A stretch of DNA of 64,000 nt from Callorhinchus milii (taxonomy: Eukaryota). Below, piece by piece: positions 27,527-41,574 of this stretch. The stretch's first letter is position 1. The number at the start of each line of letters is the position of its first letter. Made by a program: the position numbers and the translations under genes. Below the pieces are notes generated by a model. The model was not told the DNA's origin. It saw only the letters and a program-made list of their open reading frames with translations, and did no database searches. Where the stretch lies: contig NW_024704742.1 of assembly GCF_018977255.1 (NCBI RefSeq), positions 54,996,001-55,060,000 of the forward strand, read 5' to 3'.

Positions 27527-27907
27527 GGGTCAACCTGGCTCGGTTGGCAGCATTCTTGCCTCTGAGTCAGAATGATGTGGGGGTAAGCCCCACATCAGGA
27601 CTTCAAAACTCATATAGTCTCTACTATGCTGAGCAATGCTGCATTGTTGAAGATACTGTCCTTCAGATGTTAAATTAAGGTGTCGTCTGCCTCTTCAGGT
27701 GGATTTTAAAGATCCCATTGTGCTATTCGAAAAGAAAATTGATTCCTCCAGTTTTCAAAATTGGTCATTCACTGCATTTCATGGCTGTTTGGGCACCACG
27801 TTTGCCTACAAAATACACACACTACACTTTACAGTATATGCTGTAGAAGCACTTTGAGATGTTCTCCTGATGTGAAAGGTACTGTATCAAATTGAAGAAA
27901 TATTATA
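27527..27907 (+). mobile_element. Deu-domain SINE, near full length
   Basis: tRNA-like head (ggctcggttggcagcattcttgcctctgagtcagaa), Deu body and the shared tail. Confidence 0.75.
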
Positions 27908-28019
27908 CAGTATCTGGTCCTCCACGTTCTCCATAAAAATGTAACTGGCTTATTGCCAAGTCTCAGGCATAACATCAGAGGTCCAAAATTTGATTCAACC
28001 TTAATTTGAAGACTAATGC

Positions 28020-28500
28020 ATAGTTGAGCTGCATTAGGTGTGAGGAATGGTCAGAATGTGGTCAGGGACTAGATGCGGGGTAGAAAGGATAACTGGGGAT
28101 TGAACCAGATGTCCAGGTTCCGCACAGGTTCAATGAGTCTGAGGGATAGGCCGAGGAGGTTAAGGAAGGCAGAGGAACAGGTGAGAAGATATGATAAGAC
28201 TAAGGAGGATGGCATCCATTTTGTCCATGCTGCTTTAGAAAGTTGGTGCTCGTCCAGCCCTTGATGTCTGACAAGCAGGCAGACAGAACATCATTCGACC
28301 TGGGGTTAGAGTTGGCTAGAGGAGAAAAAGTAGACTTAGGTGTCATTCACATGGATGTGAAAGCTGACTCTACGTCTGTGAATGATATTGCTGAGAGGGA
28401 GCACGTAAATGAGAAAAAGGAGGGAGCCGAGAATAGAGCCTTGGGATGATAACTGTGAGGGTGAGAGGAGAAGCCATCAGTTATAGAAGGAAAGTAAGAA
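28020..28500 (-). mobile_element. Old L2 RT fragment
   Basis: The minus strand reads FHIHVNDT, a degenerate YADD region, and resembles 18440-18900. Confidence 0.7.
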
Positions 28501-29417
28501 TTAATACTTCTTAACATATGGAACAGCATTTGTCTTAAAACCACTTGTAGCTTGTGGTGTTAACTAAGTATTAGCTGCATATTTGTTTTTCTTGATTCCT
28601 CTACCTGATGTGTCAACGTAAATTCATACCTAAATTCAGTTCAATACCTTTGTGTGATTGAAATCTATTGCATGAGAAACAAATGTGACACCGTTGTGAG
28701 TGTGCAAGGCCTTCAAGATTATTTCAAGTTGATACTATACAGCTCTACCTGTGAACTCGTTTTCAATTGGTTAGTGGTGTGCAGGCAGATGGCAAGTACA
28801 TTGCAGCCAGCTGGCTAAAATGGATAAAAATATCCAGCCAGTCCTGTGGGTCAGCAGAAAATGCTGGAGTATAATATTGAGGACCTTGCTCAGCCAAGTT
28901 CTTTAGACTATGAGCTCCATAGTCCAGTTTGTTGTTGAATGCTCCCTTCCCTAGTGCTTTGTGTTGTTTGTGTTTGTCCTGAGGCCTGGAATATTGCAGT
29001 AGCACATAACCTCAAAAGAAAAAAAAGGCTTGTTGCTTCTAAAGTGTTTCTAAGCATTTTGAGAATAATCTGGACATTTTTTAACCCTTTTTGTGGCTCA
29101 AATAAATAATCTGGTCTGTATAACTTCCCTAATTTACTTTGGTAAGTAATATTCATATCTTTTATATTTAGTTTATTTTTCCTGTATTTGATTTAAAATG
29201 AGACTAATTAACCAGATTTCTGTTTGTAGTTTTAGCTTATGATTTTTAATTTTAGAACAAACTTCACAAATGTATAGTATAATGTATGAATTACTGTATC
29301 CATATTTTGATCATTTTTAGATGGTTATGTTATACTGTACCAAAGAGATTTACTGCCGATTGCACAATTACATATTTTATGGGGTTTGCTCCAGTTTAGG
29401 ATTCAAGTAAGATTCTA

Positions 29418-30420
29418 TGCCTGAAAGGGTGGTGGAAGCCAATTCAATAACAACTTTTAAGAGAGAAGTAGATAATTATTTGGGGAGGACAAGTTTGCAG
29501 AGCTATGGGGAGAGAGTGGGGGAATGGGATTGAATTGGTTAACTCTTTTCAAAGAACCGGCACAGACACGATGGCCTCCTTCTATTCTGTGTAATTCTAT
29601 GATTCTATGAAGTAAGAGTTTATCTGAACCAGTCAACTATTACAAATAGAAGCATAGAAATTTACAGCACAGAAGAACGCTCATTCAATCCATCATTCCT
29701 CTACTCACTCTCTAAAAGAACTATCTATTTCACCTACAAAATATACAGTCAATTAACTTTACTTTGTAGCCTGTGAAGCACTTTGAGATGTCTTGAAGCC
29801 GACGTGATAAGGCTCTATATCAAATGCAAGGATTGTCATTATTTTTCGCAATTCCGTTATCCCATTTCTGCTCCACACCCTTTTATATTTCTTCTTTTTG
29901 AATGTTTAATTAAAAGCTAATATCCCTTCTGCCTGCACCGCCTCCTAAATAAGGCATTCCATGTCCTAACAATCCTCTTGTCTACAGAAAGAAAAGTTTT
30001 CTACCTTTCCCTTTGAAGAAATCTTAAATCTAGGCTCTCCAGTTACTGATTCGCTATCCAGTGGAAATAGTTTCTCCTGTTTACTTTATGAAAATCCCTC
30101 CATAATATTAAAGCCTCTGTCAGGTCCCAGGAAAAACAGTTGTAGTTCTTACAGTCTCTCCTCATAAATAAAAACTTCTCATCCCTGGTGTAATTGTAGT
30201 GAATCTCCTCTGCACCCTCCCTAAGGCCTTAACATTAATCATATTGTGTAGTGTCCAAAACTGAACACGGTACTCCATCTGCAGCCTAACTAATAATTTG
30301 ACATGTTCAGCATCATCCCTTTACCGTATTATTCATGCCTATATTTACAAAACCTAGGATTTAATTTGTGCTGTTTTTTTCATATAGCTTTTTCAACTTG
30401 TCCTCCCACCATTAATATTT
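29418..30420. mobile_element. CR1 3' end (+, 29418-29610) and a longer CR1 fragment (-, about 29640-30420) interrupted by a SINE tail
   Basis: (attctatg)n tail; reverse-strand gtccaaaactgaacacggtactcca (the LEYCVQFW region). Confidence 0.75.
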
Positions 30421-33011
30421 GTACACATGAGCCCTTAAGTCTCTCTGCTTTTCCACCTTTTAACAATTCCCCTTTTTGTCGCTTTTAAAAAAGTCAGTAA
30501 ATAGATAAGGACCTGATAATTAGCTCCATGAGGAAGTACTGAGCAGACGCTGCTGCTTCTCCATGAGGATAGAAAAAATGAAGAAAGAGCTTGTCTCTGG
30601 GTTACCACTGGGCACACACCTCAAAAGTATTGTCTTCAAAACAGTATTTGTGAAGGCTTCAAAACTATTGCCTTTTAACCAATGTCCAATCTTTGTCCAG
30701 ATAGACCAGAGAGGATAGATGCTCTCATAAAATGAATTTATTCACTTGATATGAACATCTTCAGTGAACTAACTGCAAGTTTAATATTTTTGGTTTGTAA
30801 TTTTCTAAATTTTTTTCATCTTTGAGAATTTCAGATAAAGTGGCAAAGGCTATATTAAATGATGCTATCAAGCTGGTTAGATAATCCCAGTAGCTTTACA
30901 CACACAATAAAAACAGAAAACTGACTCCCATGTTCACTTTGCGAATGCTAATGTGATATGGTTCATTCAGTGCCTTGTTTGAAGAATCAGAAGACAGGAG
31001 CAGAATCAACAAAAAGGCAAATTGATTTTACTCCTGTCTGCAACTGAAAACAGTGAGTAAATTAAACCCAAATAAGCCCCGTTGAATTTGCTTGATAGGT
31101 GGATAAATCTGAAATAAAAGGCCATTATGTTTTCCTTTTTGCTATCTGGGTACCAAATGCAGTATTCACAAACAGGAGATGCTAATAGTGATTCCCTACG
31201 GTAAATGGTATGGGCAATCCTTCTCTGACTCATCGGAATTCTGCTTTCTCTTGATCTACTTCCTGAGCAGAGTGGGTCGATGCGTTTGTGATTGCTGGAA
31301 GCAGCTTTGTGACTCCTATTTACCAACACTGTGTATTGGGAACCTATTTGTTCCGCCAACATGTTGGTGCTTATGAAAGTAATTCTTACTAATGACATAG
31401 TAATGAGGAGACATTAAACTGAGGGCTTGTCTGCCTATTCAAGAGACGTTAAAAATCACATGGCACTATTCGAAAGAGAGGGGAGAATAGTCCTGGCCAA
31501 CAATCCCCAGATAAAACTAATCATTAACTTTGTGTGTGTGTATAGGACTTTGCTGTGCATAAATTGACTTCTGTTTTCACCTATATAAAATACTGTCACT
31601 GCACATTATAGTAAATCCTGTGAAGCAGTTGGAGATATCCTCCTGATATTAAAGGTGCTATATCAATTCCAATGCCCACCAAGAAGCTCACAGGGAGCTC
31701 CTGGTACCTGTCATCCACCTAGTGGGGACTCAAACCCATACCTGTTAGATGGCCAACTAGTGACTATGCTCTTTGAGGGGTGCTGAGCAGGGTCTCCTTG
31801 GAGCTGAAGTGGCTACTGACAGTGACTATTCCAGGACACTGCTGATGTCAGCACAGCCTAGCTGACTCACCGGCAGAACCTGGTAAGGAGGACCAGTCAC
31901 TGGGCGCAGGTGTCATCCCACTCAGCTCCTGTTAACCCTGCAAGCCAAAGTCCTAATGGGTGGGGTGGTCCTAGCTGGACAATTTGGCTGCTACGTACCT
32001 CTACAAATACATAGTCACTACACGTTCCAAGTAAATCATGAAGTCATAAATTATGAACCATGAAGTGCTTTGAGACATTTTGCTGGCATGATAAGGTATA
32101 TATCAAATACAAGAATTATTATTTTTTTTATATAGATTTTGTACAATGGGTTTAAAATTATATAATCCTATCTCAAGGCTCGGGAAATGATTCTAAGCTA
32201 TCAAGCTTTGAATGAATTACAATGTAATTGGAACCTCTGGCTCTTTTGTGATTTCTCCATTTGTCTACAGGCTTCTTATTTTATTTTGTTTTTCTTCCAA
32301 TAAGTCCAAGGAAAGGCTCTCAAAACATTGCATGTTTACTTACCTCTCAAAATAAATCACAGCACCATGAAGTGGGAGAGCAAAGATTTAATTTCCTCAG
32401 TTCCCATTTTCAACTGAGTCAAGGAGTCTTTGGTGTCTAACTGTACTGGGAAGTCAAATAACATTCATGTAGTGCATCTCCTGTTGGCCAAGGTTAACTA
32501 GAGCTGAGTGAAAAGAGTCCCTGCGCCCCAATGACTGGACAGAAAAAGATTTGCTCATGACTGGAAGTAGGCTTCCTGCCAATATCTTTAATAGCAGAGA
32601 AGGCAAGGAGAAAAACTGAGAGTGTGCACCCGACATTGGAGGTAAATATTCTCCCTCCCAAACACAGATCAGGACTCTATTATTTTTGATGAAACATTGA
32701 GATACACAAACATTTCTGAAAATAAGTTCAGTTTTGCAAGTTGGTGTTGCACACCAGTGAGCATGACTGTGTTTGATCTGTCAGTGTATCTTCGTTTGGC
32801 TGTTTACAGGAATGCTTTATGCATCTTGCTGTAATGTCAAGACAGAAAGCAGAGCCATAGAAATTCCATTTGAATGCTCAGATTACCACCTCGTCTGTTT
32901 TCTTTGAACATGGAAACAGCATTAACTAGCAAATAAACAAAACCTCAATATCGATGGCATAATGTGACTGGTTGCACTTTAATACTGTGTATATGTCATT
33001 GGTCGCAAGGT

Positions 33012-33680
33012 CACCCTAGCTCAGTTGGTAGCAATCTCGCCTCTGCGTCAGAAGATTGTGGGCTCAACCCCATTTTGGGACTTTGAACTCATATAATCTA
33101 GGCTGACATTCCAAAGCAATGCTGGGGGATGTGCCGCATTGTCAGAGCGTTTCATCAGATAAGATATAAACCAAGGTTCCAGGGCGAAATTTGGCCAAGT
33201 TTCCCAACTCCACACGCAAGTAGGAACCCGGATGTTAGTCAATAGGCGGATTGCTTTTCCGGGGGTAATAATCCCTTCAAAAAAAATAATAACTTGGTCA
33301 CTCAATCCATGACTGTTTGTGGGACACTGCTGTGTGCAATTGGCTGCGGAGTTTTGCCCACAAAATGTACTTTGCAGTATATTCTGTGACGCGCTCAAAT
33401 GCAAGGATTACTATTATCTGCCTATTCAGATGGACCTAAAAGATCCCATGACAATATTTGAAAAGAGATGGGTATTTTCCCTGGTATCCTGGTCAACAAT
33501 TCTTCAGATAAAATTGATCATTAACCTTGTGACTGTTTGTGAGACATTATGATGGGTATATTGTCTGCCACATTCGCCCACAAAATAAATAGTGAATATC
33601 CTTCGTAATAAAATTTCTGAGATATATTTTGAGACATTTTAGTAACATGATAAGATACTATATCAATGTAAGGATTATTT
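33012..33680 (+). mobile_element. Deu-domain SINE interrupted by a tRNA-SINE (33181-33415)
   Basis: The Deu body stops at aaaccaaggttcc and resumes at atctgcctattcagatgg. Confidence 0.75.
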
Positions 33681-36374
33681 TAACTCCACAGTTTGTGCCT
33701 GTAACATTACATTTTTCAAATGCACTGATTTGACAGTATTGAATGGAGTTAAACTGAATGTTGTTTACAGATTATGATATGAGTTCACTTATTCATTACC
33801 TTTAATTGTATCAGCTTGTGATTGCATTGTTCGGGGTTCTTTACCAAGGTAGATTAGTTTCGAATGAAATGTTCCACCAGTCAACTGGTAGATGACGAAA
33901 ACAGATGTTATTTTCAGAAAGTGATGTATTTCATTGCAGTAGTTTGTGCTGGGTAATATTTGACAGGACTGTACTTGATGCCCACAGCACACTACAATTT
34001 TAAACGCTCTGAGACCCTACCCTGCGTGGAGGGCGCTATGTGAGTGCAAGTTGTTGTTGGAACTCTTGTTTAGTGACTTTCTGTGGTCCAAATTTCTAAT
34101 TAATATTCAAATAATCTATGAATCAAACTTAAGTTCATGGGGAGAGAGAGAGAGAGATAGTATGGTGTCACATATTGAAACCCTTTTTCCAAGAGAGATT
34201 GGTGAACCATGGCAAATGTTTTATTAATGGCTATTTGAATTTTGTGTAGGACTGACCTTTTTTAATAATTGTACTTTGAATGTTTTGACTTCCTCAAGCA
34301 AACTTTTTAAAACATTAACTTTCTTAAAACACACACACACACACACACAAATAAATGACATGCCTTAGACAGGATAGGGTGGGAGGTGGGGTGGGATCTA
34401 TGGCGCAACCCTCCAATAGACCAGAGGCTTCTGCGATGCATCTGAGCATGTGCTCCCAACCTCCAGGATAAGATAGGCAGGAGGCAAGATGCCATCTTAT
34501 AAGACTAGTTATCTGATTCATTCTTATATTGGAAGTACTTACAAGCATTTCTAGAATGTGACTATTGTGGTTATATGTTAAGTGCAGTGACAAGTAAAGC
34601 GGAGTGCATCATTAACACTTTGCATGGGAAATGGCTGGGTATTGATAGCATGGCTATCAATGTCAGTGACTAGTTAAGTCAGAGTCTTGTTATCAGGAGA
34701 TTACTGAATTAACAATGTATTTGGAACAATTTTCCATTTTTCAATAAGTTTACTAGGTATCTGCTCAAAGTACATATTTTCCTTCAGTACCTTGTTTGGG
34801 TTTACTGCACGTCCCTCATCTCTTCTGCTCCACAATTGGTGGCCGTGCTTTCAGCCACTATACCCTGAATCTCTGGAACTCCTTACCTCAATCGATCTGC
34901 CGTGCCCCCTCTTTGGCCATCTTCTGAAGACTTTCCTCTTCAACCATGCTTTCGATCACCTCCACTCTCTATCTAGCACAGCATCAGACTACACCACTGT
35001 TAAGTGTTTTAAGATGCTACCCGCATGAAAGGCGTTATATAAATACAAGTTGTTGGTCTCTAGTGAAATAAAGGATTAATCTATCCAGTCTATCCTGGTA
35101 ATAGTAACCCTCAAAGCCCTGGCATCATCCTAGTAAACCTACACTTCTATATCCTTTTTGCAACGTGATGACCAGAATTGGGTACAGTACTCCAAATATG
35201 ATTTTAAACTAAGGTTTTATACAAATTCAACATTCTAATGTTGTATTGGAAATATTGCATCTTTTTAGCATAAGGAACAACAAGCATCAAGTTTCAAAAA
35301 CATTTTTTTGCAATGCAAATACTGAATTATCAATGAAATTGGGAACACTGCTCAAATTCCGGTTTACCTCTGCAGTCTGCTTACTCTACCTTGCCCTATT
35401 ACACAGGCAAAACACATATTTGTACTTCCAAAGATAAATATTTAGAATACATTTGAAATCCATGGACAGCTCTCCGTTCTTTTAACTGGGCCATTTAATC
35501 CGTTGAACTGTTTGCAGCTGTGATTTTTCTCTGACTTGAAACTTTTCTTATTCAAAGTTTGAACTTGATGCCAGAATTCAGTGTGAGACAGAATGCTTTC
35601 ACAAATCCCTGTCCAATTAGTTTTGTTTTAACTGCACAAAATCTTGGCATCTACTTGCATAACCTAATCAATCTGCAGTTAAACATGCCGCTGTAGAATG
35701 TCATTTTATTCGTCTATTTTAGCTTCTGATATAAAAAGGAATTACTAAAGGAATTGCAAAGCAAAACAGGTTGTCTGATATGAGAATGGTGTATTTTGGC
35801 AGGCAAACTTTAGCTTAGTAAAATGTATCTGTTGGTTAATATTTCTGACTGACTTTTCAACACTCCAAAGTGTTATGCTGCCTGACGGGCACTATGAAAC
35901 ACAAGTTGTTTTGTAGATGTGCTGGTGAAGAATTTATCATAATAATAACACTAATCCTTGCATTTGATATAGCACATTATCACATTGTTGAGACGTCTCA
36001 AAGCTCGTCACAGAATATATTGCAAAGTAAATTGACTGTATTTTGAATTTATTGGGAGAATGAGTTATCTGGAGCATTTGGAAGACGATTGGTTTTGTGA
36101 GAGGACAAGAGACATAAAGGTGCTTGCAGTCCATTAAATATGCCCTTCCAGCTTATTTCCTATCAATGTGTTTTTGTTTTGTTGCATTTGATATCCTCTC
36201 CACCATTTCCTTAAGGCTCAACCTTGCAGGTTTCAGCTGACTTAATTGTAATAAGACTGTTATTCTCACAACTAAGGAATTGCCTAGGTTTCATTTCTGC
36301 CTTTTCCCTGATGGCTCTTGCTGACTTTGAGAACATTGTGTGCATAATTGTTAGCGAGCCTCTTATGAGCTTAC

Positions 36375-36778
36375 ATCCTCCTGGGGCACGCGGGTGGGAG
36401 GTAGGTAAGCAGGGTCTGTTTGGAGGTGAATTGCAAGGATTATTATTAATTGGCACCTGGGTCCACTGTACTCCAAAACACTGTTGATGACAGCACAGCG
36501 GCAGGACCTGGAAGGGCAGACCGGTCTCGGGGGTGGGGGGAGGAATTCTTCCCATTCAGCTCCTGTTAACCCTGTAAGCCACAGCCCTAATGGGTAGGGT
36601 AGTCCTAGCAGGACAAGTAGTAGAAAAGTTTGCCAGGCAGTGCCCTCAATGACAGGCTATGCAGTTTAGCTAGTTAGGCTCCAGTAGTACCTCAACGCAC
36701 ACTTTGGGCGCCTGAAGCCTTGGCTCTTGTCAATCTGCACCTAATGCTCTCTGGAATTAGGTAAATAGGATGTGCCCC
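36375..36778 (+). repeat. Unclassified interspersed repeat; related pieces at about 10550-10712, 19790-20050, 31690-31982 and 40500-40830 (-)
   Basis: Shared core cagctcctgttaaccctg..agcc..ag.cctaa.ggg..ggg..gtcctagc and ctggaattaggtaa. Confidence 0.65.
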
Positions 36779-36780
36779 TC

Positions 36781-37035
36781 AACAACAACAACAAGATTCC
36801 ATTTATTGAGCGCCTTTCACGTCGGGAGGACGTCCCAAGGCGCTGTACAGTTGGGTCAGGACCCGAGCAGGGGGGAAATGGTCAAGGTGAGGGGAGGGAA
36901 GGGAGGGAGCGAGGAGGGGGTAGAGAGTCGAGAGGGGAGTTGAAGGCACAGTCAAAGAGAAAGGTCTTGAGACCGGCCTTGAAGGAGGAAAGGGAGGAGG
37001 CGGCGAAGGAACTGGGGGATAGAGTTCCAGAGCCT
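36781..37035 (-). mobile_element. Young L2 3' end
   Basis: Near-identical to 55842-56090 and 63316-63490. Confidence 0.85.
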
Positions 37036-37761
37036 CCAGGGAGAGCGGGAACATTTTGTTCAATAGATAACTTTGGAATTTTTTTGATAGGTAGGATGCA
37101 TAGAACTTTGGTCTGGATACTCTTAAGCATAGTGATGGATTTCCATATCTGTCAGACCCCCAAAAAAGCTTGTAACAGTTCACATTAATGTATTGGCAAT
37201 ATTATTTTTATCCTAAAACTTACAAAGTGTGGCACAGAGGGGAGTGTGCTAACAAGTGAGCTGAGCGGACCCGTACATATCCCATTTTTGTAGCCTTTCC
37301 TGCCTGTACTCTTACCTTTAAAGATCTATGTGTCTGCACCATTAGAATCTTCTGTTCATCACCATTGTTAAGAAGTTTACCATTTAGCACATATTTCCTT
37401 TCTTCCAAAAATGTACTGCTCCGTAAATGTACAAACCCATTAACAACCTGCGTTTGAGAACCTGCAGGAGCTGTGGGAAAGAGCTCGGCATTGTACAAAG
37501 TGCTATCTCTAAAATGAATAGGTAAAGTGTAGTTGTTGATTCTCCTGACATGTATATTAATATGTGCTGTATATGATGACAAGATAAAGGGAACTGTTAA
37601 TTTGTAAAAGAAATGTTCTCCTTCAGATGTTCAAAAAAAATTCTCAGGATTGACAAGAAATATTAAATTAAAGATATGGGTGGGTGGCGGGAGAGACGGA
37701 CTACTTCTAGTTTATTCCACTTAAATATTTCCCCTTGTTCCTTCAGCAATCTTCATCAAAA

Positions 37762-38137
37762 ATGATTCGTTGTGGCCCAGTGCTATCCTTCGCCCGTTGT
37801 CTGTTTCGGAGAAAAATCATAAGCAACGACAGCAGCAATGAATCAAAGCTATGCCGTTGCCTGACCACAGTAGACCTGATGGCATTGGGCATAGGAAGCA
37901 CTCTCGGGGCTGGGGTGTATGTCCTGGCTGGTGAAGTCGCGAAAGCAGATTCTGGACCCAGCATCATCATCTCCTTCCTGATAGCAGCCCTGGCCTCTGT
38001 GATGGCAGGTCTGTGCTATGCTGAATTTGGCGCTCGTGTCCCGAAGACTGGTTCCGCCTACCTGTACAGTTATGTGACCGTTGGTGAATTCTGGGCGTTC
38101 ATTACAGGCTGGAACTTAATACTTTCTTACGTCATTG
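37762..38137 (+). CDS. slc7a2: CAT-2 coding exon 1 (exon starts at 37747, ATG at 37762)
   Basis: Acceptor ttgttccttcag. Kozak aaaATG with A at -3. Encodes MIRCGP...[10 protein letters not shown]. Donor G|gtaagt. Confidence 0.96.
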
Positions 38138-38439
38138 GTAAGTGATATTTAGATAAAGAACTTCATCGCGCTTTCGCTGCGTTTGCTTTAAAGTTTGCAA
38201 AATGTACAGCAATAATGGTAGTTGAAAATATTTTAAAAGAATGTGATAAAAGTATTTTAAGTTCATAAAAGGAGCTTGTTTTTGTTTGTAAAATACTTTG
38301 CAGGCCTTTTAAAACTTAAGTGTATTCTTCTAAAAAGAGCACACATATTTAATTATATAAAGGAAGTTGCTAATATCCTTACTGTTACCTTTGAGTTTGT
38401 TCTGTGAGTTGTTCTTTGGGATGCTGGTGAATAAGGTGA

Positions 38440-38828
38440 CCAGTATCAGCTGATATAGATGTGAATGGGGAGATTTAATAGTGATATTCAAAATTTGATA
38501 GAGTAAATAAGAAGAAACTGTTTCCACTGGTGGGTGGGTCATTAGCCAGAGGTCACAGATTCAAGGTAATTGGAAAAAGAACCAGAGGGGAGACAAGGAA
38601 AAACAAATTTACGCAGCGAGTTGTTATGATCTGGAATGCACTGCCTGAAGGGGTGGTGGAAGCAGATTCAATAAGAATTTTCAAAAGAGTATACAATTAA
38701 AAAGAAAATGCAAGGATATGGGGAAAGAGCAGGGGAGTGGGACTAATTGGTAGCTCTTTCAAAGAGCCATCACAGGCACAGGGCTGAATGGCCTCCTTCC
38801 TGGGTGTAAGATTCTGTGATTCTATGAA
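38440..38828 (+). mobile_element. CR1 LINE 3' end
   Basis: tttacgcagcgagttgttatgatctggaatgcactgcc and an (attctgtg/attctatg) tail. Confidence 0.85.
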
Positions 38829-39070
38829 TGGGCAGGGAGGAGTGACTCTGGGAGGGAAAGTAGATTGGAAATCTAACTGGCAAGCCTTTTGATATTTACT
38901 TAATAAGTGTTATTCATGAAATATATGATATTAAATATGTAAGAATGTCTAGGAAAGAAACCATGATTTAAATTATTGTGATTGTCTCTGAATATCATGT
39001 GACTACCTGTGCACACATTTCTCACTCTCTTGCATTGCAATTTTGCTCTTTAACTCATTTTTGTACAAAG

Positions 39071-39226
39071 GTACTTCAAGTGTTGCCAGAGCATGGAGCG
39101 GCACCTTTGATGAACTTCTTGGCAAACAGATAGGAGTCTTCTTCAGCAAGTATCTCAAGATGAACTCACCAGGATTAGCAGAATACCCGGACTTCTTTGC
39201 AGTCTGTCTTATATTATTACTGGCAG
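39071..39226 (+). CDS. slc7a2: CAT-2 coding exon 2
   Basis: Encodes (G)[16 protein letters not shown]...[14 protein letters not shown]; 156 nt; aag| acceptor and |gtaaga donor. Confidence 0.96.
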
Positions 39227-41075
39227 GTAAGACAAGAGTAAACCGTGATTTAAGAAACGTGGATCTAAGATTGAAAAGGGATTACCCTTGTGGAGTGAGA
39301 GAAATGTCTTGCTTCTCAGTTACAAGATAAGGTTGTTGATGGTTACAAAACTGTCATAGAAGTCTTATTGAAACTGAAATTTTGGGATTAAATTTAAAAA
39401 TAACAGTCTATGCTTCTTTATTTGTTGTTGTAAAAGACATTTCATACAGAAACTTGCCAAACAGGATATTATGTCTTTATCATATCCTATTTTTCCCTTC
39501 AACTGGGCATCCTACCCTGTTATAGGTGAATAGGCACATTCTAAAACCTTCTCAACTAGCCGTTATTTATGTGTGAAGGTTGATTTGGAATATAGTTAGA
39601 TCATTTAGGAGGCATTGGAACCAAGCCTAAATGTGTCCTTGCCTGACGTTCAGCCACTTGCATCTCATATTGCTTGCACAGGTTACTCGATTGCAATTAA
39701 GACCAGGAACCAAGTCTGTTTTTCTCTATCGTCTCCCCGTCCACCACCTCTTCCAAACCAGGCACTGAAGTCAATCAGCTTGCATGGTTCAGCTGGATTA
39801 AACCCACGGAACCATCAAATAACCATTTATATTTTAAAAGATCAGTTCATTGAATAAAAATGAAAATCACTCTAATCTCACAGCTATAGAAACAGATGTT
39901 TTCCAGATATGTGTCCAATTAGTGCCTCACTTCTGAATGTTTCTTGTTCAGCTTCACTTGCCTGGTATGTGTGCAGTGAGCTTTGCAAAGTTTCAAATGC
40001 TAGCTGAGGCGAATATGTCTAGTCTGTCTGCTCTGAAATTGGTGTGCACCTTACCTTTTAGTATAAACTGATATTGCAGATGGTTATAACAGTTTTGCGA
40101 ATTGTAAGTGTTTGCCTATAAATACACAGTCACTCTATGGCACGTAAGAGCAAGAACCCAATCAGTCACAACAATTCACGGAAAATCCAATGAAGTGCTT
40201 TGACAAGTCCTCCTGACGTGAAAGATGCTATATTAAATGAAGGATTATTTATTAGTGCATTCACATCTGTATAAATAGGACCGATAAATGAGATGTTAAA
40301 TATAAATATTTTTAAATGTCAGTGAATTGAGATTTAAATGAATGGCTTAATTTGTGTGAGATTTGTTTTGGTCAGCTGGATGTCGGACACAGGTGAAAAA
40401 CCATCACCATGCTTAAGAGTATGCAAACCAAACTGAGATTTCCATGCATCCCATCTACACAAGGAAATTCCAGAGATGTTTATTGGAATGGAATTCGCAC
40501 CCTCTCCCTGTAGGAACGCATCCTGCTTATCTAATACTGGAAACTATTAGACACAGGTTGGCAAGAGCCAAGATTTGGGGATTCCAGATTGTGCATTGGG
40601 GTACTTTTGAGTCTAACCTGCTAAAACCATATAGCTTACTATTGAGAGGATTGCCTGGCGTGATTTTTAACTGCTTGTTCAGCTAGGACACCCCTACCCT
40701 TTAGGGCTTTGGCTTTCAGGGTTAACAGGAGCTGAATGGGAAGAGTCCCTGGCCTCAGTGACTGGTCTTCCATTCCAAGTTTTGATGATAGTCTGACATC
40801 AGTATTGCCCTGTAATCACGTGGACCTTCCTGCCACAGGAACTAGACTACCGAGCCCGTACAGAGGTTTGGCTCGATTCAACATTTTGTTGCTAAACATG
40901 TCAACTTGAAAGCAGTTCAGCTCCAAGTAGACCTTGCTTATCTCTCTCCCTAGGAGAATAGCGTGGGTATAATGTAATTTGCATTTACTGTATTGTTTCT
41001 GTTGATCAAGTCTTTTTAGTTGTCAAAACGCAAATTTCAACATTGTTGCCTTCAACAATTTGTGTGTGTTTTTAG

Positions 41076-41241
41076 GTCTTTTGTCTTTTGGTGTGAAAGA
41101 ATCTGCTTGGGTCAATAAAATATTCACTGCTATCAACATCCTCGTTCTTGTATTTGTTATTATTGCGGGCTTTGTGAAAGGAGATTCAAAGAACTGGAAG
41201 ATCAGCGAGGAGTCACTCATAAACGTCACAGTTATCACAAA
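41076..41241 (+). CDS. slc7a2: CAT-2 coding exon 3
   Basis: Encodes (G)[17 protein letters not shown]...NVTVIT; 166 nt; ttttag| acceptor and |gtaagt donor. Confidence 0.96.
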
Positions 41242-41574
41242 GTAAGTTGTACAAAAACAGCTGCTCTGCAAGAAAAAGCAGTGAATAGAATTAAACAAAA
41301 TTGTCCTGATTTCTGGCTTGCAATCGCAAAGTAGTTCGTCATTGACCATTTATATCAATTTGTCCCTTACTTTTCAGGCTTTACTTATGTAATTTAAAGG
41401 TCAATGACTACTAGGAATCCAAGATCGATATGGTTCAATGTGGTGAAACACATATTTATTCATAGGCAAAACTGTTTTATTTTGTTGAGTGTTTAATGCC
41501 ATTGTAATGAATGAGGTATAAAATGTCCATCAAGAAGTTTTATCTGACTGAAACTGAATGTGTAAAGCTGTGAA

